NCBI GenBank assembly: GCA_024626585.2
Contig: JANKJI020000004.1
Location: 110,634,728 to 110,651,750, forward strand
Length of the DNA stretch: 17,023 nt
Source of the DNA: Ginkgo biloba
Taxonomy: Eukaryota; Plantae; Ginkgophyta
Reading direction: 5' to 3'
In this document: positions 8,540 to 17,023 of the stretch, piece by piece
Layout of the letters: each line of letters opens with the position of its first letter
Position numbering within the stretch: the stretch's first letter is position 1
Program-made: the position numbers and the translations under genes
Notes under the pieces: generated by a model
Told to the model about the DNA's origin: nothing
What the model saw: only the letters and a program-made list of their open reading frames with translations
Databases searched by the model: none

Positions 8540-10074
8540 GTTTGTGANNNNNNNNNNNNNNNNNNNNNNNNNNNNNNNNNNNNNNNNNNNNNNNNNNNNN
8601 NNNNNNNNNNNNNNNNNNNNNNNNNNNNNNNNNNNNNNNNNNNNNNNNNNNNNNNNNNNNNNNNNNNNNNNNNNNNNNNNNNNNNNNNNNNNNNNNNNNN
8701 NNNNNNNNNNNNNNNNNNNNNNNNNNNNNNNNNNNNNNNNNNNNNNNNNNNNNNNNNNNNNNNNNNNNNNNNNNNATTTCCATCTTGGAGCTATCTCAAA
8801 AAATAAGTTGCAGACCAGAATTCTTCTTGAAAGAAGATTAATGCAGAATACAGATGGAAAGTTTGGGCAATTATCAATGTGTTGTAAGCACTGGAAACTG
8901 TGGATGATTAGTTCAGTTTTATCATACTAGGTTCTTAGTGTACGTAATGCATGATTCTTTGTTTATTGAGTTGGATGTGCGGGGCCATCCAACAACACTC
9001 AGTACTAATATATTGAAGAACTGTGTGGCACTTGTATTGTCACCCCTGCCTTCTTGAGGTATTTGGATGTTGGCATGTAGTTTGAAGGCCATATGATTGG
9101 GTTTTGTTTTTTTATTACGATGGTCTTAACAGCTGAAGACAGTTTTCTACGGTAAGTAGATAGGAGATTTTGATTTTTGTGTGATTCGGAACTGTCAAAT
9201 ATTTTAAGAGATTTGAAATTATTCAATGCTGAAAATTGAGCTCATGTGGGTTTGGATTTGTTCGTTGACAGTAGCTTACTACTCAAAGTTGACACTTTGG
9301 ACACTTTTCTTTTATTGTGTACTAATGATCAATTTGGAACTAACAAATGGTACTAATGGAATCCAGAGAAGAGGTGAAGAATGTGACGATAAAGTGTAGA
9401 GAAATGAGTCTAGTTGTATTCCAAACTACATATATCTATTTGGAGGATGAGAACTTAAATAGGTTGGTCTCTAGGTCATATGAATTGTACTTTCCGAGTC
9501 TTCATTCATGGAAGGGGACTTAAAAGAACATTGACACCATTGTTTTCAAATTGTTATCATTGAAGCCAATTGAAGTTCTAATTGAGAACATAACAAAGCT
9601 GCTACGCTTTTCACAATTTGTTTGACTTTACAACTCAATGTTGAAGGCCTACGATAGTATAAGGGTAGACTTGAGTGTTCTAATAACTCTTTCTCTAGTC
9701 TTGAAGATTAGTCCAAGGGATAGAGCAATCACTTTCATCAAACTAGAAAAGTTTAAAATTGATGGACAATATACCAATTAATGATAAATATATCCAAATA
9801 AGGTCTAAGTACCTCATTNNNNNNNNNNNNNCTTAAACCTGCCATTTCTTAAAAAAAAAAGTTTTAGTAGAGAGGAATATAACTTGTTAATTTCATCATA
9901 TTTTTTAATTCACTTTATGTAGATTCCTATATTTACTTTTTCTTAGCAATTGAAAATATCTTGATTTGATTAAATATTAAGGAATTAATGTGGAAGAATC
10001 ATTATTGTTGTAAGAATTGTACAAGCCTATTTCAATAAGAACTTGTGGGAAAACAATTAAATATATTAATAAGC

Positions 10075-10320
10075 ATGGTATTTCCATTTAGTATTACTAA
10101 AGAAGAAAATAATAACATAATGTGAAATATTCTACTAGTAGTGCTTCCACAATTTTATAGCAAGAGCCATGAGGACCCATATGTGTTCTTGTTTGAATTT
10201 GGCATGTTATGCATAAGTTATGATTATCTGAAGGATGTATAAAAATCAAATATATTCCCATCTACATTAAATGGTGCAACCATAATATGGTGTATGAGAC
10301 TTGAAGGTAGATCAATAATT
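10075..10320 (+). pseudogene. gag: Ty3/Gypsy gag remnant (retrotransposon capsid N-terminal region)
   Basis: FPFSITKEENNNIM*NILLVVLPQFYSKSHEDPYVFLFEFGMLCISYDYLKDV*KSNIFPSTLNGATIIWCMRLEGRSII matches the LP.F.G...EDP..FL.EF..LC......KL+LFP.TL.G.A..W...L....I gag pattern. Two stops; it runs into the gap. Confidence 0.85.
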
Positions 10321-10420
10321 NNNNNNNNNNNNNNNNNNNNNNNNNNNNNNNNNNNNNNNNNNNNNNNNNNNNNNNNNNNNNNNNNNNNNNNNNNNNNNNN
10401 NNNNNNNNNNNNNNNNNNNN

Positions 10421-10731
10421 AAGACATTATGGAAGAAATTAGAAACAAAGTTTCAATATAGGATGGCCTTCCATCCCCAAATTGATGGCCAAATAGAAGT
10501 GGTAAATTTTTCATTGGACAATTTATTGAGAATTTTATCTCAATAATTATATTTCAAGCTAAATTTCCATTTAATAACTCTATTAACTAAAGTACTAGAT
10601 TTTCTCCTTTAAATATTGTTTATGGAAAGAATCCAAGGGGTGTGACTAAGCTTATTATATTACCTTTGGAGGTAAGATTTTATGATGATATTCAAATCTT
10701 TGCGAAGGAGATGAGGGATTTGCATCTTCAA
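10421..10731 (+). pseudogene. pol: Ty3/Gypsy (chromovirus-type) integrase core C-terminal remnant
   Basis: KTLWKKLETKFQYRMAFHPQIDGQIEVVNFSLDNLLRIL, then a deletion/frameshift, then FQAKFPFNNSIN*STRFSPLNIVYGKNPRGV...FAKEMRDLHLQ. These correspond to the HPQTDGQTEVVNRSLGNLLR and AEFAYN.S...ST..SPF.+VYG motifs. Confidence 0.9.
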
Positions 10732-12645
10732 TACATCTTTGAGATCTAGCTAATGGATTATGTTTAGGAGGAAGTCAAGGTTGAGGTCCTACACATGGAA
10801 GAGGTGGATGGGGATGCAAAGGAGGATGGCATTAAGCTTGAATTCATGGGTGTGAAAGAGGAGAATGGGGACATTGTAGTGTTCTAACCCATGGTGTTTG
10901 AATATTCAATTATAAACAATGAAAATGGAGGATGCGTGTGACTCTCATTATCCACGACTTAAAAAAATAGAAATGGAGAATGGATATACTATAGGCATTA
11001 CTATGGTTTTTATTCTATTAGATTTGTTCTCAAGGATATTGGATTCAAATTCATTCGATGAACTCATATAACTTCACAACTATGATATTTCTTCCAATGG
11101 TAGGGTTGAAAATAACATTAAGGTCATATTATGCACATGGCCTCCTAGCCATCTGACAAACTTTCCATTAAGTAGGCAAAGGGAATTGGAATCAATTCAC
11201 CCCTAGATACCACATTGATTGCCATTGTTGTCTTTAGTATTACCCTATAGGATAAATAAATGTGAGGAACGAAGAATCTAAAAAGGCATTGCATGTTAAA
11301 ATGTCATGTTGCTTATGTTTGGAGAATAAGTTAGTAGTGAGTATTCCTATTATGATAAATTAATCTATGGTTGGGTTGTTAAATTGTCACTCAAATCTTA
11401 TTCTTATTCCTATAGTGGGTATTCCATTATGATTATGTTGATAATTACTATATAGTCATTTTTATAAGAGTCATTTAAATCCTAATATAAATAGTAAAGG
11501 CTACATTAGGCCACAATTATTATATATTATGATTATCATTGTCTAAATGATATGCATGAGAAACAATTGGCATGCAATACACATAGTAAATGTCATATCC
11601 TTCTAAGAATTCAAATTAACAAACTAGGTTAGAATTTTATCATAGGTATGTGGCCAATAGTAAGTTGGTAGGATATGAGTTAAAATGTAATTGATATGTA
11701 CAAAAAATATAAGCATCTAAAGATGATTAAATTCCACTAAAATGATTAAATGGTTAGTGTGAAATTTGTAGTTTAAGTATGATTCATTTTGCTTTATGGG
11801 TTTATAGATAGATAAATAGATANNNNNNNNNNNNNNNNNNNNNNNNNNNNNNNNNNNNNNNNNNNNNNNNNNNNNNNNNNNNNNNNNNNNNNNNNNNNNN
11901 NNNNNNNNNNNNNNNNNNNNNNGATATGAAAAATCGAAGCTCAAATATTGTACAGCGTTCACTGACTTATAACTAACAACAAATTACTATTAAGGTTGTT
12001 AATATTTATAAACTAGGGACTCCTAGTCTCCTTATAACTCCTCGTGGCACAATACACCAATAGTAGGGACGACTTTATTTTGATGGCCGAGTGTGCATAT
12101 TTGTGTGCAATTACTTTGTGGGATAAAGTACCCATTGTAGAGAGAGCCAAAAAATAGAAAAGACAAAAATAATTTTATTATTTTTGTGATTTTTGTTTTA
12201 TTTTTGGACTTTAACTGTATTCGCTCACCTCGTAACATGTCGATATCAATCAAATCGTCAGTCTACATACACGTGGCCAAAATTTATGACTCATTAATTA
12301 ATAAAATCCTTGTTCATCACACAAAATGTTAGTATTCAATCATGTAACCATTCTAAAAAAAAAGAGAATTAAATTCTGAATTTTGTTATATCTTCAAAAT
12401 TAAAAAATAATTAGAAATGGATTCAAAAATAAATTAACCATTTTTCTTCACGTGAGGAAAGGAAGCTAAATTAGCACTTTTAATTATTGATGTATCTCCC
12501 TTCCACTCAACACTGTTAGATCACTACGGTTGACTTTAATCCCTACTCGACAGGTGGGTCTTATAGTTGATCTCCCTTCTACCTTTTCATTTGAGGGTTG
12601 ATTTTTGTTTCACCTGATGAAACCATTGAATTCCTCTATTACCTT

Positions 12646-13480
12646 TTAGGAGTCATAGGAATACTTTGTTGAACCTTTGATCACCTCTGCAGGATCCAAG
12701 CCTCTCCCACTCTTTCCCATGTCAAAAGGATTTCCAACCTCTCTGTCTTCTTTCTCTTCATCAATAGTTTCAACATAATCGATTATCTTCGCCTTTTCAG
12801 CAAATTTCTTTTGGAGTTTGGAAGACCGCCTGCTGCACTTTACAAGGTTGGTTGCCAATATCTGAGGGGGAAGCTTCCACTTACGGCTCTCATCTCTTTT
12901 TTTGATAGTTCTGACACCTTCCTCACTTTGACTATCCTCCTCCTCCTCTGAGTGAGATGAAATTGTATTTGGCTTTTGAGGCGAGGAGGCATGACTCAGA
13001 AGAAGTTGGGCCTTTGACATAGGAGTATCGCTTACCCTTTGAAGGTTTCCTTTCATCAAAGTTATTATCGAACTGCTTCTAACTTTCTCAAATTGGAACA
13101 AAAGATTTAAAAGACCTTGATGCAAAGGAATTTTTCCTTTGCAAGACTTAACTGCTTTAACTGACTTTTCTACCAATTTAAAGAGAAACAAAGGCACATT
13201 GATCTTTTCATTATTCTGAATAGAATTTAGAATAATAATGTGATATCCAAACAACTTGCAATACTTACCTTCTAGGGTCAAGTATTTCATCACTTGAATG
13301 GCCACCCTATCACAGGGTTTCAGTAAGGATTCCCTATTTATTCCAGACTATAACCAACAAAAGGTCTCATCGTCCCTTATAGATTTTGAAAGTTATTCCA
13401 CCTGGTTCATTTTCTCTCTGTAAACCACTTCCCCTTCCATAGGTAAACCAAAAACTTCTGAAATCAATTGCTCTGAAATG
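12646..13480 (-). pseudogene. LTR-retrotransposon accessory ORF ('putative plant transposon protein'-like), disrupted
   Basis: The 219-aa ORF 12646-13305 continues in frame upstream through two stops to the gap: ISEQLISEVFGLPMEGEVVY...SGINRESLLKPCDRVAIQVMKYLTLEGKYCKLFGYHIIILNSI...INVPLFLFKLVEKSV...LHQGLLNLLF. The I..V.GLP.EG / KY+T.EG+Y / YH / +N+P.FL / H.GL+.LL pattern is one I recall from additional ORFs of plant LTR elements. An acidic/basic low-complexity tail follows. Confidence 0.65.
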
Positions 13481-13580
13481 NNNNNNNNNNNNNNNNNNNN
13501 NNNNNNNNNNNNNNNNNNNNNNNNNNNNNNNNNNNNNNNNNNNNNNNNNNNNNNNNNNNNNNNNNNNNNNNNNNNNNNNN

Positions 13581-14577
13581 TAAATTTATATCATTGTTGG
13601 GCCTTCTCCAAGATCTTAAGCGCCTATTTTTACATGTCTTGGATATAAAGAATAAAACTTATAGCCTGATTCTGCTCCATTTGTTACTTCTAAGAAATAA
13701 CTATATATATAAATTTAATAGGGGAATAATTAAGGAACCCAAATAATGCTTCAAATAGATTATAACTAGTGGAACTATGTTGTATTCGATTATAAGTATG
13801 TTGCATAAAAGGTAAACTCTCATCCCATATGGTTGGGTTCTTATGATTGTACATGCGTAGCAAGTGTATTATCAACTGGTTTAATACCTCTATATAACCA
13901 TATATTTGAGGATGAACTATATTAATCACTTGAGTTTGATGTCAAGAAGAACCCAAAGATTTTCCCAAAATATTGATAGGAAACATGAGTCATGTTTAGA
14001 AATGATAGATATTGGCAATCTAAAATGCACCCAAACATGATGAAAATATATCTTAGTTGTGTCAACTATTGTAATTATATTTTAATAATGTGTCATAATA
14101 TCCATTTAATTAACCAATAAACTACCATAAATACATTATCATGTTGTATCTTGGTGAAAGGTTATCCTCCCACGAAGTCCATAGAAATAGACTCCCATGC
14201 ACTATTTGGCCATCTGTTTGAGGATGAAATTATGTTGATCAATTAAGTTTGGTGTCAAGAAAACACCCAAAAGTTTCCAAAAATGCTAATTAAAAATTAT
14301 AGATTTGCTAAAAATGCACCCAAACATTATGAAAATATAAATTGGCTATCTCAGTTGCTATAATTGTCTTTCGATAAGGTATCATAACAACCATTTTTGT
14401 GAATCAGTCTACTACCACAAAGACACTATCATGTTGGTTTTTAGTCAAAGGTAATCCTCCCATGAAGCCCGTAGAAATAGACTCCCATGCACTATTGGGT
14501 GTTGACAATGGTCAGTAGAATCAAACATGCTTGTTTATTGGCTTAGCAATACAACATGCAATGCAAGATTTTATACA
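13581..14577 (-). pseudogene. pol: Ty3/Gypsy integrase remnant with internal tandem duplication
   Basis: Minus strand: IKSCIACCIAKP (CxxC of the HHCC finger), AWESISTGFMGGLPLTKNQHDSVFVVVD*FTKM, NVWVHF, FHPQTDGQ. It then restarts at AWESISMDFVGG*PFTK...HVWVHF...HPQIYGYIEVLNQLIIHLLRMYNHKNPTIWDESLPFMQHTYNRIQHSSTSYNLFEALFGF. Confidence 0.92.
13900..14496. repeat. Diverged ~290-310 bp tandem direct repeat (integrase core)
   Basis: The 25-mer TAGAAATAGACTCCCATGCACTATT is identical at 14182-14206 and 14472-14496. TTTGAGGATGAA occurs at 13905 and 14217, and AAAATGCACCCAAACAT at ~14022 and ~14311. Confidence 0.9.
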
Positions 14578-15458
14578 GTCTTCTACATCCTTTTGCATTT
14601 GTGGCTAGAAGAAATAAGTCTACAAATAGTGAACAGACTTTTGCATTCAATCCAGCAAATGACCTTGATGTCAATGGTGCTCGACTATCAGACGATGTCT
14701 GCCTAAGCATTTTGGGATTCCGGTGGCTTTCCTTCATAGTTGCGATACCTTCCATAGACCCGGCCTTTCTCTTTTGCCCCCTCCCATTCACCTTTTGCTC
14801 ACAGGAAACTCGGAGTCCAACGTCCAACAGTGATCTCTCTTTTGCAATCGTTGAACAACATTTCCTTCTTTGACGTTCTCAGGGAACCTGTTATGTCTTT
14901 ACAGTGGTCTCGAAGATCTTCACATGGTAATCTTCACCCAATGGCCACCTTGCATCTCCTTCGAGTCACAGAAAAAAAAAGAAAAACCTCCAGATTATAA
15001 GTATTTCTTCGAAACAACCTCGAGGCTCTCCCACCGACAATCACTCACTACCCTTTACCTCTGCACAGGTTTACTACAAACCAAGAGTTCTTTACAACTA
15101 CATAGTGATGGAGAAACAATGCACGACTTACAGTCACAGTTCAACACCATCACTTGACAATTCTTCACGTTTCAACACTGAAAATCAATAAATTTATCAT
15201 TGAATTCACCTTAAATTGATAAAAACAATCCCTCATACACTGGATAATACCGCTTGTTTAACAAACAAGTCCAAAAATGAGCACAAGTTCGCTCAACTCA
15301 TGAACTTCACATAAATCGGGCTTCAAGAATTAATCTCAAAACCAACTCACAGTTTAGGATAAGGATTATCCCTCAGCTATGATACCAAATGTTGAAACAT
15401 GAAGTTAGAATTGATCTAACAACACAAATACAAACACAGAACACTAAAAATTTGATAG
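14578..15458 (-). mobile_element. End of 5' LTR (15390-15458, cut by gap), PBS and internal leader of an LTR retrotransposon
   Basis: TGTTG at 15390-15394 (CAACA on minus) lies next to the PBS. About 800 bp of leader without recognisable gag follows. Confidence 0.65.
15376..15387 (-). other. Primer-binding site complementary to tRNA-iMet 3' end
   Basis: The minus strand reads ...TTTCAACA TT TGGTATCATAGC, an 11/12 match to canonical TGGTATCAGAGC, 2 nt after an LTR-type CAACA end. Confidence 0.85.
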
Positions 15459-15689
15459 NNNNNNNNNNNNNNNNNNNNNNNNNNNNNNNNNNNNNNNNNN
15501 NNNNNNNNNNNNNNNNNNNNNNNNNNNNNNNNNNNNNNNNNNNNNNNNNNNNNNNNNNATGCAAAAATTACCCCAAAAATGATAGAATGCCTTCAAAAGA
15601 TTATATTAGGATGTCTTAAGGGTTGTCAAAGCATGAACAAGCCCCCTTAAATAACATAAAAAAAGCACAAAACACCACATAAAGGCTAG

Positions 15690-15975
15690 GATTATCCCTG
15701 AAGATGCCCTCATACCTAAAGGAGCCCTTTGTGGCATTTTATTGGATGAAATTACATCAAGAGGGGAGACACCCCTACCTAGAGTATCTCCCTAGGCCAT
15801 CTCTGTCACAATTTTTCTTCTCTTCATAACTTTATTTAGAGCACTTATCAAAAGCTATGAAATCCATGCACTTGCCCCAAAAAACAACTTGGGATTTATT
15901 CTCACTTACAAAGATAAGATTTGCATGGCTTTCCTGGGATGTAACACAGGACATCTTGAAGCAGGATTTCCACCA
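15690..15975 (+). mobile_element. Possible third, very decayed LINE ORF1 fragment
   Basis: IPEDALIPKGALCGILLDEITSRGETPLPRV...FILTYKDKI..(W/C)LS(W/C)..GHLEAGFP weakly resembles the ORF1 G..+G....D..T......RV segment plus a GHx4CP knuckle. It needs frameshifts, and the cysteines are not preserved. Confidence 0.3.
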
Positions 15976-17023
15976 ACCCAAACATTGAGAACTCATATAA
16001 TTGTTATGGCATACGTTTCTAAACCTTGGGATAACTACACAGATAAAAGTGTACATACATTTCTAGCTTCACCAGATACTACTCTAACCTCATCCATCAT
16101 ATAGCTTAGCAAGTGATAATGGCCAAAGTTTGTTCTTGATTGCCCAATGTCATTAAAGAAGGAACACTAAAGACCCTGAGAGTGTTGTGACTCTAGAAAT
16201 GAGATAGGTTCAAGCAAGGTTAGTCCACTTCTTTGCAAAAAGAACTAGGATAGAAATGATCCTCTATCAACCTCTCTTTATCACACTTCCTTTGTTAGCA
16301 AGGATGAACATCTAGGAAATGCCATCGATAGGCATAGGACCCAGTGAAGGTTAAGCTTCCATGATTCCACTCTCGCCCTTGAAAATTATAGTCCCTTACT
16401 CATCCAAGGAAGAAATGGCGATGCTCAAGATTCATGAAGAGAAAATGGGGATCGCCTCGGGGGGTTAGGACCCAAAGGCCCTTGCCTTATCTTATCCCTC
16501 ACATAGGGTAGTCCTGAAACCATTAGGGGAGGAGAGTGTCCCTAAATCTTCTCAAAGGACTTCACTACTTCATAATTCAACTCCGATAGAAGAGGCCCAA
16601 GTTCTCATGCAATAGGAACTAGCTCTTGGATTCCATAGGACCCTTGATAAAATAGATTGATACCTTGGTTATGATCCTTCAAGAAAAAGCAGAAGTGCAA
16701 GTCCACGCCCTTCCCGTTATCCCCCCTAAGCAAGAGCCTATCAAAGTTATCAAACCCAAGCCAGTTCCTTTGGTCTAATATGAACCATATACGAGTGGAA
16801 CTAAAAGTGTTGAATGAAAAAAGGAAGCCCCCTTAAATTCCACTAGGGATACTTCCAACTCCCCGTCAATCCCCAAAGCCCTTCATTCTAAGAGAAAAAA
16901 TCCTCCCTCCCTCAGAGGCCCTTCAAGAACACGTGTCAATAGATGAAAGAAGGTGAAGGTAGTACTTTCTACAACTAATAATCATTGAAGTGGTTACTAA
17001 TATGCAATGAGAGATGTGAACAA

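Noticed and set aside
8776-9157. Possible further exon(s) of the unknown gene, ending at a strong donor ACG|GTAAGT (9152), or a 19-nt microexon 9133-9151
   Set aside because: Protein-looking frames carry stops at about random frequency, and phase cannot be linked across the 8548-8775 gap. Revisit once a homologue is found.
10075-10731. gag directly adjacent to integrase as one compact element
   Set aside because: They are separated by a 100-N gap of unknown size and may be different elements.
11260-11435. Possible decayed PPT/LTR start near 11294 and a ~21-bp imperfect direct repeat (11335-11356, 11413-11433)
   Set aside because: Too degenerate to support, and no second LTR end is visible.
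12269-12277. Perfect G-box/ABRE ACACGTGGC (second CACGTG near 12449)
   Set aside because: It is a short motif with no associated gene start in the contig.
14543-15157. ORFs of 94-105 aa on both strands in the LTR-element leader
   Set aside because: No recognisable domain; the lengths are compatible with chance in GC-richer sequence.
15362-15699. 12-bp AGGATTATCCCT occurring near 15362 and 15688
   Set aside because: The copies are short and on different sides of a 100-N gap, with no extended similarity.

Overview
Eukaryotic, AT-rich, gap-riddled plant genomic DNA. The retroelement protein motifs resemble conifer/gymnosperm families (my inference). There is no intact gene, and most ORF-track entries are spurious or span N runs. 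Contents in order: (i) two degenerate plant L1-clade LINEs lying head-to-head (minus 532-1989, plus ~2040-3980), each with a DUF4283-like ORF1, a CCHC knuckle and the WNVRGL endonuclease start of ORF2; (ii) a ~1 kb GC-richer non-coding repeat (4845-5880) with four, possibly five, copies of a 20-bp motif that folds on the minus strand into a bulged-A hairpin; (iii) a probable LTR with a polypurine tract (6545-7121); (iv) three spliced exons of an unidentified gene (7613-8539) whose frame is restored only when a ~560-bp solo-LTR-like insert flanked by AGAG is removed; (v) Ty3/Gypsy gag and integrase remnants, a retrotransposon accessory ORF, a tandemly duplicated integrase core, and a tRNA-iMet PBS with an LTR end. 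Five gaps are exactly 100 N (6445-6544, 10321-10420, 11823-11922, 13481-13580, 15459-15558), so adjacency across them is not guaranteed. I found no convincing new multi-gene system. The best leads are the LTR-interrupted unknown gene and the hairpin array. All family assignments come from manual translation and recalled motifs, not database searches.
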